Positions 20,226 to 32,700 of a DNA stretch of 64,000 nucleotides are shown one piece after another. The position numbers and the translations under genes are program-made. Source of the stretch: the human T2T-CHM13v2.0 reference genome, Homo sapiens; the NCBI RefSeq assembly GCF_009914755.1, contig NC_060947.1; one strand, written 5' to 3'. Within the stretch, counting starts at the first letter, position 1; every line of letters begins with the position of its first letter. The notes under the pieces were generated by a model that saw nothing but the letters and a program-made list of their open reading frames with translations, was not told where the DNA came from and did no database searches.

Positions 20226-23102
20226 TGGTGATTAAATATATTTAAAAGACTAATAACATACAATGTGAACTGAGTTACAAAACAATACTTTATAACATGT
20301 GATTTCATTTAGTAGTGACAATTTGGAAGGCCCTTAAAGAGATAAGGACAATTCATTAAATATTGAAAGCTTTATTACAAAAATACAGTATCTAGTATTG
20401 AATGATAAGGTAGTATCTTCATGCACCATACACATGTCCGAAAAGTAACATATCAGTCACTCAAACAGACATTTTGTGTTTATTAGGTTAGTTTGGTATT
20501 TTTTAAAACGGAATTATCTGGTTTGGTTGGAATAATGACACAATCCTGACAATATGTCTTTGTATAATAGTAACCAAGAAATGGCTAAGATATTTATAAG
20601 GGATGTGAAGTGTCTTTCTCCAATAGAAATCCAACCAATTGTTCTCCTACTAATATCATCACTTCAGAATCTGAACACTTAACTGCCAAACATATTCATG
20701 TCTCATTAATCTTGTCCTGGATATATGTAATTTACATATTACATATAGCTAGGACATTATCAGTACAATATTCATATTCCTATCAAGGTTTATGTTTTTG
20801 CATGTTTGTTCTCTTTTTTAATCAGAAGATAGTACAACAGGACTACTGCAGTTCCATATAGCTAATGATTGTTTCATTTCTATCACCTATGAGTAGCACA
20901 CATGAATAATTTTGCTATAGGCACATCATGAGCCATTTATAATTGACAGTTCATGCAACTAGAGAATAGTCAAAATCCCATCAGCTCTATTTTGGGGAAA
21001 GACTAATTATTGCACAGTTTCTAGAGAAGCATGTTGACAAGTAGAATGAAATGGTTTTATATTAAAAATTCCATGAGAAAAAAAGGTAATTTCTTTTTAA
21101 TTTTTATAAAGTGACTTCTCCTATTCACAATGTTAGAAATTTCCATTTCTAACATTCCTAAAGCTATCTGGAAATTATCCCTAAGGATCGTTTTTTTAAT
21201 TTCAAGAGCTGTTAGGGTACAGATGATTTTTGGTTATATGGATGAGTTCTTTCAGGGTGAATTCTGATATTTTAGTGCACTCATCACCCAAGCAGTGTAC
21301 ACTGTATCCAATATGTAGTCTTTTATCCCTTACTCACCTCCCAACCTGCCCCCACCAAGTCCCTAAAGTCCATTATATCACTCTGTATGTTTTACATCCT
21401 CATAGCTTAGTTCCCACTTGCAAATGAGAACCTACGGTATTTGGTTTTTCATTCCTGAGTTACTTCACTTAAAATAATGGCCTCCAGCTCCATCCAAGTT
21501 GCTGCAAAAGACATTATTTCATTAATTTTTATGGCTGAGAAGTATTCCATGGTGTAGAGATATCACATTTTCATTATTCACGCATTGGTTGATGGGCATT
21601 TAGCTTGGTTCCATATCTTTGCAATTGTGAATTGTGCTGCTATAAATATGCCTGCGCATGTGTCTTTTTGATATAATAACTTGTTTTCCTTTGGGTAGAT
21701 ACCCAGTAGTGGGATGGCTGGATTGAATGGTAAATCTACTTTCAGTCTTTCAAGGAATCTCCACACTGTTTTCCAAAGTGGTTCTACTAATTTACATTCC
21801 CACTAGCAGTGTATAAGCCTTCCTTTTTCACCACGTCCATGCCAACATCTGTTGTTGTTTGACTTTAATTATGGCCATTCTTGCAGGAATGAGGTGGTAC
21901 CTCATTGTGGTTTTAATTTGAATATTGCTGATGATTCGTGCTGTTGAGCATTTTTTCATATTTGTTGGCTGTTTGTATATCTTCTTTTGAGAAATGTCTA
22001 TTCATTTCCTTTGCCCACTTTTTGATGGGATTATTTGTTTTTTTCCTGCTGATTGATTTGAGTTCCTTGTAGATTCTGGATACTAGTCCTTTGTCGGATG
22101 CATAGTTTGCAAATATTCTCTGCCACTTTGTGGGTTGTCAGTTTACTCTGCTGATTATATCTTTTGCTGTGTAGAAGCTTTTTAGTTTAATTAGGTCCCA
22201 TTTATTTATTTTTGTTTTTGTTACATTTGCTTATGGGGGTCTTAGTCATAAATTCTTTCCCAAAGCCAATGTCCAGAAGAGTTTTTCCTAAGTTTTCTTC
22301 TAGAATTTTTATGGATTCAGGTCTTAGGTTGAAGTCATTCATCCATCTTGAGTTGATTTTTGTATAAGGTGAGGGATAGGGATCCAGTTTCATTCTTCTA
22401 CATGTGGCTAGCCAGATTTTCCAGCACCATTTACTGAACGGAGTTTCACTTCTCCAATTTATGTTTTTGTATGCTTTGTAGCAGTTTAGTTGGCTGTAAT
22501 TATTTGGTTTTATTTCTGGATTCTGGGTTCTCCATTCTGTTCCGTTGGTCTAAGTGCCTGTTTTCATACCAGTACCATGCTGTTTTGGTAACTATAAACT
22601 TATAGTGTAATTTGAAGTCTGGTAATGTGACACCTCCAAGTTTGGTCCTTTTGCTTAGTATTGCTTTGGCTATGCAGGCTCTTTTTTGGTTCTACATACA
22701 TTTTAGGATTTTTTTTTCTAGTTCATTAAAGAATAATAATGGTATTTTTTTATGGGAATTGCACTGAATCTGTAGATTGCTTTGGTCATCTTCACAATAT
22801 TGATTCTTCTCATCTATTAGCATAGGATGTGTTTCCATTTGTTTGTGTCATCTATTTCTTTCAGTGTTGTTTTGTAGTTTTCCTTGTAGCGATCTTTCAC
22901 ATCTTTGGCTAAGTGTATTCCTAGGTCTTTTATTTTATTTGCCGCTGTTGTAAAAGAGATTGAGCTTCTGATTTGATTATCAACTTGGTCATTGTTGCTG
23001 TATAGCAGTGCTACTGATTTATGCACACTGATTTTGCACACTTGAGACTTTACTGAATTTGTTTATCAGATCTAGGAGCCTTTTGGATGAGTCTTTTGGG
23101 TG

Positions 23103-23403
23103 TTTTTTTTTTTTTTTTTTTTAACGGAGTCTCACTCTGTCGCCCAGGCTGGAGTGCAGTGGTGCAATCTCGGCTCACTGCAAGCTCCATCTCCCGAGTT
23201 CATGCCATTCTCCGCCTCAGCCTCCTGAGTAGCTGGGACTACAGACGCCCGCCACCATGCCTGGCTAAATTTTTTGTATTTTTTTAGTAGCGACGGGGTT
23301 TCACCATGTTAGCCAGGATGGTCTCGATCTCCTGACCTCGTGATCCGCCCGCCTTGGCCTCCCAAAGTGCTGGGATTACAGGCTTGAGCCACCGCGCCCG
23401 GCC
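23103..23403 (-). mobile_element. AluY
   Basis: ctgcaagctcc…gccattctcc…gttagccaggatggtctcgatctcctgacctcgtgatccgccc; many CpGs retained; ~20-nt T tail. Confidence 0.96.
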
Positions 23404-24171
23404 AAGCCTTTAGGGTTTTTAAAGTATACAATCACATCATTGGCAAACACTGACAGTCTGACTTCCTCTTTTCCAATTCGGATGCCCTTTCTTTCTTTCT
23501 TTCTCTTGCCCAAATGCTCTGACTAGGACTTCCAGTACTTTGTTGAATAGAAGTGGTGAAAATGGATAGCCTTGTCTGGTTCCAGTTCTCAGGGGGAATA
23601 CTTTCAACTTTTCCCCATGCAATATAATATTTTCTGTGGGTTTGTCATATATGGTTTTTATTACTTTAAGGTAAGTTCCTTTTTGGCATTTGTTGTATTT
23701 TGTTGAGGGTTTTTATCATAAAGCGATAATGGATTTTATCAAATGCTTTTTCTGCATCTACTGAGATGATCACATGGTTTTTGTTTGTAATTCTGTTTGT
23801 GTGATGTATCACATGTATTGACATGGTACATATATTAAACCATCCCTCCATTCCTGGGATGAAACCCACTTGGTCATAATGTATTATCTTTTAGATGTGC
23901 TGTTAGATTTGGTTAGCTACTATTTTGTTGAGGATTTTTGCATCTATGTTCATCAGGGATATTGGTCTGTAGTTTTCTTTTTTTGAAATGTCTTTTCCTG
24001 GTATTGGTATTAAGGTGACACTGGCTTCATAGAATGATTTAGGGAGGATTCCTTCCTTTCTCTGTCTTTTGGAATCATTTCAGTAGTATTGGTACCAATT
24101 CTTCTTTGAATGTCTGATAGAATTCAGCTGTGAATCCATCTGGTCCTAGACTTTTTTATTGGCAATTTTTT

Positions 24172-24905
24172 AAAGTTTTTTTTATTATACTTTAAGTTCT
24201 GGGGTACATGTGCAGAATGTGCAGATTTGCTACATAGGTATACATGTGCCATGGTGGTTTGCTGCACCCATCAACCCATCATCTACATTAGGTATTTCTA
24301 GTAAGGCAATCCCTCCCCTAGCCCCCCACCCTCCAACAGGCACCAGTGTGTGATGTTCCCCTCCCTCTGTCCATGTGTTCTCATTGATCAACTCCCACTT
24401 ATGAGTGAGAACATGTGATGTTTGGTTTTCTGTTCTTGTGTTAGTTTGCTGAGAATGATGGTTTCCAGCTTCATCCATGTCCATGCAAAAGACATGAAGT
24501 CATCCTTTTTTATGGCTGCATAGTATTCCATGGTGTATATGTGCCATGTTTTCTTTATCCAGTCTATCATTGATGGGCATTTGGGTTGGTTCCAAGTCTT
24601 TGCTATTGTGAATAGTGCCACAATAAACATACGTGTGCATGTGTCTTTATAGTAGAATAATTTCTAATCCTTTGGGTATATACCCAGTAATAGGATTGCT
24701 GGGTCAAATGGTATTTCTGGTTCTAGATCCTTGAGGAATTGCCACACTGTCTTCCACAATGCTTGAACTAATTTACGCTTCCACCAACAGTGTAAAAGCG
24801 TTCCTATTTCTCCACATCCTCTCCAGCATGTGTTTTTTCTTGACTTTTTGATGATCGCCATTCTAACTTGCGTGAGATGGTATCTCATTGTGGCTTTGAT
24901 TTGCA
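24172..24905 (-). mobile_element. 5'-truncated L1PA7-like element with 17-bp TSD
   Basis: TTTATTGGCAATTTTTT at 24155-24171 and 24906-24922; 3'UTR ggtggtttgctgcacccatcaacc; ORFs 24388-24630 and 24664-24906. Confidence 0.95.
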
Positions 24906-25289
24906 TTTATTGGCAATTTTTTTACTACTGATTCAATCATACTGTTTGTTATTGGTCTGTTCAGGGTTTCTATTTCTTCCTGATTTAATCTAGGAGGGTT
25001 GCATGTTTCCAGGAATTTATTCATTCCCTCTAGGTTTCCTAGTATGTGTGCCTAAAGGTGTTCATAGTAGCCTTGAGTGATCTTTTGTATTTCTGAGATA
25101 TCAGTTGTAATATCTCCAGTTTCATTTCTAATTGAGTTTGTTTGGATCTTCTCTCTTCTTTTCTTGGTTAGTCTCACTAGTGGTCTATCACTTTTATTTT
25201 TCAGAGAACCAGCTTTTTGTTTCATTTATCTTTTGTATTGGTTATTGTTGTTTCAATTTTATTTAGTTCTGCTCTGTCTTTGTTATTTT

Positions 25290-25544
25290 ATTTTATTATT
25301 ATTATTATACTTTAAGTTCTAGGGTACATGTGCACAACGTGCAGGTTTGTTACATATGTATACATGTGCCATGTTGGTGTGCTGCACCCATTAACTTGTC
25401 ATTTACGTTAGGTGTATCTCCTAATGCAATCCCTCCCCCGTCCCCCCACCCCACAACAGGCCCCGGTGTATGATGTTCCCCTTCCTGTGTCCAAGTGTTC
25501 TCATTGTTCAATTCCCACCTATGAGTGAGAACATGAGGTGTTTG
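25290..25544 (-). mobile_element. Very short L1PA4/5-like insertion (essentially 3'UTR only)
   Basis: tatactttaagttctagggtacatgtgcacaacgtgcagg…; flanked by gttatttt at 25282-25289 and 25545-25552. Confidence 0.93.
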
Positions 25545-26182
25545 GTTATTTTCTTTCACTGGCTTTGGGTTTTATTCCTTCTTATTTCTCTAGTTCCTTG
25601 AGGTGTGATATTAGGTTGTCAATTTGTGCTATTTCAGACTTTTTGATGTAGGAATTTAGTGCTATGATCTTTCCTCTTAACACTGCTTTCGTTGTACCCC
25701 AGAGGTTTTGATAAGTTTTGTCACTATTATCATTCATTTGAAATAGTTTTTAAATGTCTAACTTGATTTCATTATTAACCCCCAAATTATTCAAGAGTAG
25801 ATTGTTTAATTTTCATGTATTTATATAGTTTGAGGTTTCCCTTTACAGTTGATTTCCAGTTTTATTGTGCTATGGTCTGAGAAAATACTTGATATGATTT
25901 CAATTTTCTTAAATTTATTGAAACTTGTTTTGTGACCTATTATATGGTCTATCTTGGAGAATATTCCATGTGCTGATGAGAAGAATATATATTCTGCATT
26001 AATTGGGAAAAATATTCTGTAAATATTTGTTAATTCCATTGGTTCTTGGGTATAGTTTAAGCCCATTTTTCCTTTTTTGACTGTTGACTTTCTGTCTTAA
26101 TGATCTATCTAGTGCTGTCAGTGGAGTATTGATGTCCCACTATTACGGTGCTGCTGTCTGTCTCATTTCTTACGTCTAGTAG

Positions 26183-26693
26183 TTTTCCCCAGTATTTTGT
26201 TTGCTGACTTGATGCTTCAGGAGTCAAACCAGTAGGGGAGGTATCCCTGGGTAGGAACCAGCTGTAGCTAAAGCAGATGGGTAGAAGCAATATCCAGTGG
26301 TGGGTGGAGGCCCCCACCTTGAAGAGGGTGGCTGGGAAGGCTGTCAGTTAGACGCACTGAGGTTTTATCAGGGTCAAGAGTGGGAGTTACCTCAGTTCCC
26401 TTGCCAGGCCAGCAGGAAAGCTATCTACATCCAAGCTTCACTCCTGTCCTAGTGTTCTGGCTATTCAGATCAGACAGGCACCTCTTTACATCTGTAGAAA
26501 TATTGATGTTCTGAATAGAAAGGAATTGTGATTCTGCCTCTCATGCAAGCCTGAACCTGGGGAGTGTTCCTCCTCTGAGGATGCAATCACCCTGAATTGG
26601 TCCAGGAAGGTTGTCTATAGGTGCACTCATGCTGAGTTCCTATGGGAGAGGCCCCGCATATGTTGGCAGTGGCGAACAAGGGGGGAACAAGGA
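26183..26693 (-). mobile_element. Probable L1PB/L1M1-type 5'UTR fragment
   Basis: GC-richer block between two L1 pieces; tccaggaaggttgtctataggtgcactcatgctgagttcctatgggagaggcccc resembles the recalled antisense L1PB 5'UTR. Confidence 0.5.
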
Positions 26694-27745
26694 ACACAGC
26701 AAAAGAAATAATCATCGGAGTTATCAGACAACCCACAGAGTGGGAGAAAATCTTCACAGTTTATACATCCCACAACGGACTAATATCCAGAATCTACAAA
26801 GAACTCAAATAAATCAGCAAGAACAAAACAATCCCATCAAAATGTGGGCTAAGGATATGAACAGACAACTCTCAAAAGAGGAAAAAGAAGACATACAAAT
26901 GGACATCAAGCATATGGAAAAATGCTCAACATCACTAATTATCAAGGAAATTCAAATCAAAACCACAATGGGATACCACCTCACTCCTGCAAAAATGGCC
27001 ATAATAATAAAAAAAAATGGATGTTGGCGTAAATGTGGTGAAAACGGAACACTTTTACACTGTTGGTTGGAATATAAACTAGTACAATCACTATGGAAAA
27101 CAGCGTGGAGACTCCTTAAAGAACTAAAAGTAGATCTACCACTTGATCCAGCAATCTCAGTACTCGGTATCTACCCAGAAAAAAAGAAGTCATTATACCA
27201 AAAAGATACTTGCACATGCATCTTTATAGCAGCACAATTTGCAATTGCAAAAATACGAAACCAGCCCAAATGCCCATCAATCAACGAGTGGATAAAGAAA
27301 ATGTTATATATACACATATATATACTCGTGTGTGTATACATATATACACATATATATACACACACACATACCATGGAATACTACTCAGCCATAAAAAGGA
27401 ATGAACTAATGGCATTTGCAGCAACCTGGATGGAATTGGAGACCATTATTCTAAGTGAAGGAACTCAGGAATGTAAAACTAAACATCTTATGTTCTCTCT
27501 CATCATTGGGAGCTAATCTATGAGGATGCAAATGCATAAGAATGATACAGTAGACTTTAGGGACTCGGGGAAAGAGTGGGAGGGGAGTGAAGGATAAAAG
27601 ACTACACACTGGGTACAGTGTACACTGCTTGGGTGATGGGTGCACTGAAATCTCAGAAATCACCGCTAAATAACTTATTCATGTAACCAAACACCACTTG
27701 TTTCCCAAAAACCTATTGAAATAAAAAATTAATTTAAAAAATTCA
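26694..27745 (+). mobile_element. 5'-truncated L1PB1-like element (ORF2 C-terminus, 3'UTR, A tail)
   Basis: The C-terminal two-thirds of ORF 26611-27516 is L1 ORF2p (…[11 protein letters not shown]…[10 protein letters not shown]). 3'UTR aaagactacacactgggtacagtgtacactgc…aataaaaaa. Confidence 0.95.
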
Positions 27746-29704
27746 AAAGGCAGAATGAATAAATCACATTATTTTAACAATCACTGCTGGCATCTCTCAA
27801 TGAACAGACATCACCACGCCAACTGCTAAGTTTTTATGTGCTCAATGCAAGGAAGTAGACAATGGAAACTGCAGTGCATAGAAATATACAATCCCCAGGC
27901 TGTGGCCATTTTTATTCTACCTTTAGAAGCTGAAATATATAAAAATCGTGCTTTATTTAACAAACTCACATTTTCTTGTGCATTCATATATATCATTATC
28001 ATTCCTTGCAATAACACCTTGAACCTCTAACAATGTGGATTTGTTGAGGAAAAGGCTATGTCACATTGGTTTTTGAAATTTCCCAAAATAATGTACCATG
28101 CCAGTCTCATAAACTTTTTAGACTGAATTATATTCACATTACCTTTTTTCTGGTTCACTTTGCTATTTCTGGTAGAGTGGTTCTGCCTACATGAGTAAAA
28201 TTTTATTACACTCTTATCCTTCACTATTGGCTCTACCTTGGCAGTCCGGTTTAATCGTCCCAGATGTTGTTTTTGCAAAGCTCAATCCTTCTGCACAGAT
28301 AATAGCCAGCCTAACCAATTCTTCCACTAAAAGAACCACCCTCCCTCAGAAAAGTGGTAAATTCAGGGGATAATTTCTGACAATTAAGCAAACTAACCTT
28401 TCAATCAACTTATATGTTGCTATTTTACCAAAAAGATGTGATCTTTTGTACTCCAAATGGTAACCGTTTTATCCTGGCTAGTCTAAAATACCCTCCATTT
28501 ATTGTTTTTGTCTTATTATGTTTCTTTTACTACAGAGTATTAATATCTCATATAGAGAATATAAATATTAATTTTAATTATAAGGCAATGAAACAGATTT
28601 TCCATGTGAAACTTAAGAAGTCAATCACATTGATTTTTTGTATCACCTACATCTATATGGATTTTTTTTTCTCTTTTCATACACAGGAAAGAAGTAATTG
28701 TATATACCTCCAATGATCCATCTCCTCCCAATTGGAAATGCATTCATGAAGAAATCCTATTTCTAACAAATACATATCCTCTGCTCTTAAATTTCCTTCT
28801 TTCTTCTATTTCTCTGCCTTTGTAAATAAATGTATCGAAAAGCATACAGAGTAACATGTCACTTATCCAAAGAACAGATTTCTAGTAACTTCAACCATCA
28901 GGAAAAACATGCCATAAACTTTACGAAAGAGAAAAAGTCTTCTGAGAATACAGTTGTCAAAAACCACATACTTATTTCATATGAAGAAAACCCAAAATGA
29001 TCTCTCCTTTCCCTGAGTCCCAATCACTTATTGTCTGTATTTTTCGCATAGCACTGAAAATTTCTCCTTATTCTTCTAGTTATTTATGTTAATGTGTTAT
29101 GTTCTTTACCAACATAGAAGATCTTTACCGGCAGGATCCATGTCTAAGTTATTCTCCACAATGCCAGTTTCTTCATTTATGTTTTATAGAGAATCAGTTT
29201 GCCATCCTTTAATGCCCCATGAAGGTTGCAGAAAGGTCAGGGTAATGAGGACTAGGAAAAGGCTATTTGATTTGTCCAGTTTTTCACTAGTGTCTGACAC
29301 TTAGCACATGCTTTTATTATGTGTATTTTTATACACTTCTTATATTTTCAACTGCATCAACTAAAAAGGAAACTTTATAAGTTCCTTGTGGGAAAGTTCC
29401 ATATGCTGCTCATCTTTGTATCTCTCAAAGCAGGGTTCACTCCACTATATATAGATGTACTAGACAAGGATTATTTCAGCATCTTAGGAACAGATTTTTT
29501 TCTCTGCTTATAAAAAACAATACATTCATTATAGAAAGTTTGTAATACCTAAAAAGAACAAATAATGTCATAACAACCACCATCATTGTCCCAAAACTCA
29601 GAATTAATGATTTTCAATATTTTGGTGTATTTCCTTCCAGTATGTATGTCTTTGTGTGTGTGTATGCTTTATATGGTATATAGAAGGACTTCATGTTCAT
29701 GGCG

Positions 29705-29783
29705 TATATATATATATATGTTATATATACATATATATATGTTATATATACATATATATGTATATATAACATATATATATATA
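29705..29783. repeat. (TA)n compound microsatellite with a duplicated ~22-bp unit
   Basis: gttatatatacatatatatat occurs twice in tandem. Confidence 0.9.
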
Positions 29784-30499
29784 CCTCAGACTATGATGTA
29801 GAAATTAACTCCTATCCGTAGATATAAATCTAATTTTGAATGGTTACATAGAATTTCATACTATAAATGGACCATAAGGTATTTAACCAGTGACTTACTA
29901 TAAATCTTTAAGCTATTTCCAATGTTTCATTATGAAAAGTAGCTGTATAATAAATATGTCTTTTCATAGATCAATTATTTTCCTAGGATAAATTACTAGA
30001 GAAGAATTAGCAAAATGGTAAAAATATTAATAAATATCACTAAATTGCTTACAGGAAAGGTTTTACACTATCATCAGTATATTCTATGTGTTTCCCTCAC
30101 TAACACTGCATTGGATGGATGAATGGATGGATAGAAGGATCAATGGCTCAATGGACAGAAAGACTGATAAGGATGTATATAAATGCATACATAGATATAT
30201 AGATATATACATACACATATACATACAGACACACACACGTATTTCAATGGCTTATGTTAAAGAAGCCGAGGGGAATCTCATTATTAATTTGTATTTCTTG
30301 GTCGATGGTATTCATTTACATAAATAGTAATTATATACTCTGATTTTTTATATTTTTTCTTAAATATTTGCCCTTTTTCTACTGATTACAGCACCTTCTC
30401 ATTTTCTTAATGAACTGTACGTGCTGCCTGAATATAAAAATATTAGAACACTATCTACCAATCAGGGTTGCAATTTTATTATGAAAATTATCAAAATAA

Positions 30500-30781
<282 letters not shown>

Positions 30782-31080
30782 CTATTAAAATATATAGAAA
30801 ACTAGAAAGAACTATAAACCACAAGTACTTTTATCCACTGTCCAGAACTAATAAATATCAACACTATCATACTTTACAATTTGTCTCTTTTCTTTAAAAT
30901 AAATAAAATATTACAGGTAGAGTTCAAGTTCCTTTGTAGTCTTCCTCAAACCAATTCCCCTCCATCCCTACCCAGAGCCATCAATGATCATGAAATTGGT
31001 GTGTATACTCCCCATCATGTTCTTATACATTACAAGTATTCATTCAGTATTGTTTAGGCTGCCTTAAAAATAAGTTAAAT

Positions 31081-31482
31081 GCCCATCAACGGATGATTGG
31101 ATAAAGAAAATGTGGTATAGATATACATGTATACCACTGAATACTATTAAGCCAAAAAAAGAATGAAATGTCTCTTTTGCAGCAACATGAATGGAGCTGG
31201 AGGCCATTATCTTAAGTGAAATAATTCAGAAAGTCAAATGCTGCACATTCTCATTATAAACAGAAACTAAATAATGTGTACATATAGACATAAAGTGTGG
31301 AATAATAGACACTGGATACATGGAAGAGTAGTGGGGTGGGAGAGAAGTGAGGGATGAGAAAATGCCTAATGGATACCATGTACACTATTCGGGTGATGAT
31401 TACACTAAAAGCCCAGACTTCGCCACTACACAATTCATCCATGTGCCAAAACTGCACTTGCTCCTCCTAAATGTATACAAAA
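31081..31482 (+). mobile_element. Short L1PB4/L1MA1-like 3' end with TSD
   Basis: ggataaagaaaatgtgg…ctaaaagcccagacttcgccactac…; aagttaaat at 31072-31080 and 31482-31490. Confidence 0.88.
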
Positions 31483-32234
31483 AGTTAAATAGCATAGGCA
31501 TCATCCTTTGACTTACATTTTGGCTCAACATTATGTTTTTGAAATCTATGTTAATATATAAAGGTAACTCATTAATTTATACCAATCTATCCATGTTAAT
31601 TATATAAAGATCTAGTTTATATCATTTTAATTGCTATATAATACTCCATCTCGTCAACATATCATCATTTATCAATTCACTATGATAAACATTTAAATTT
31701 CTTCCTATTCTTAGTATTGTAAAGCTTGATTAGGCAACCAACCATGTGTAGATGTGCATGAATTTCTCTATGTTATATACCTAAACATGAAGTATTGAGT
31801 CACATGATATCAGCACTTTCAACCTTATTATATATTGTCAAATTTCTCTCAATTTTCTAATGCTTTATTTAGAAATTTTGTATTTATGTCCAGAAAAGAG
31901 ACTTACTATAACTTTCTTTTGTTATGCTTTCTTTGTCTATTTTTCAGAAACTATTCATTAATAGTTTCATAAAGTAAGCTGGGAGCATACCCTTATTTTC
32001 TAGACTGAAAGAGATTTATGTAATAGAGATTATTCCTCAAAAGTGTAATAAAAATCACATCCACTTGGGCCTGATACTTTAGAATGGAGTAGGAATTAGG
32101 GCAATATTTTTAAATTTCAGTTCAATTTCTTTAATGATAATCAGTCTACTTAGATTTTCTACTTCTTCCGGTATCACTCTGATCATGTATATTTGTCTGG
32201 AAAACTGACCATTTGTTTAAGCATGAAATTATTT

Positions 32235-32700
32235 CCTATATGGTAAAAGCCTGAGACAAGGACTTCTAGGCAGATAATATATTTGAGTGGTATTATCCCA
32301 GGGAATGGGTGTGTGAGATTGGAGAGGAGTGAAAGAAGGAAGGAAAAATAGCCTTTCCAAGGTTGCATTATTGAGTTGATCATGACTGTGGCCAAGTGGG
32401 TCTAGATTCCACTAGGGATCTGATGGAAAGCCATATAGAATACACTTTAGAATGGTTTACCATTCACCCAATAGCTCCTTTACCTCATCAGACAAGGATG
32501 ACCCCATGGGCTATTAAATCCCTCTTACTTCCAGATGGCATATGCATATGAGTGCTATGGCTTCCTGCACATTGGAAAGAAAAATGAGGTGACCACAGCT
32601 ATTAGGTCACACCCATGCAAAGCTGTTTGGCACAACAATGACTACAGTAAAATGTGGGTTGACTGCATGGAAGATGGAGAAAGGTGTCCAATACATCATT
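32235..32700 (-). mobile_element. Degenerate ERVL LTR (LTR33/LTR16 group)
   Basis: agcctgagacaaggacttctaggcagataatatatttgagtggtattatcccagggaa resembles the recalled antisense 3' end of LTR33/16. Confidence 0.45.

Larger units (their letters stand above)
21190..26182 (-). mobile_element. L1PB(2-4)-like element, ORF2 plus 3'UTR, hosting three later insertions
   Basis: Poly(T) and L1PB-type 3'UTR from 21190; ORF2 remnants 21578-21766, 22202-22393, 22817-23041, 23437-23622, 23666-23869 and 25821-26066. Confidence 0.93.

Noticed and set aside
26611-27516. 301-aa ORF as a gene
   Set aside because: It has a non-ATG start and is a chance read-through of flank, off-frame L1 and in-frame L1PB ORF2 C-terminus, including a microsatellite.
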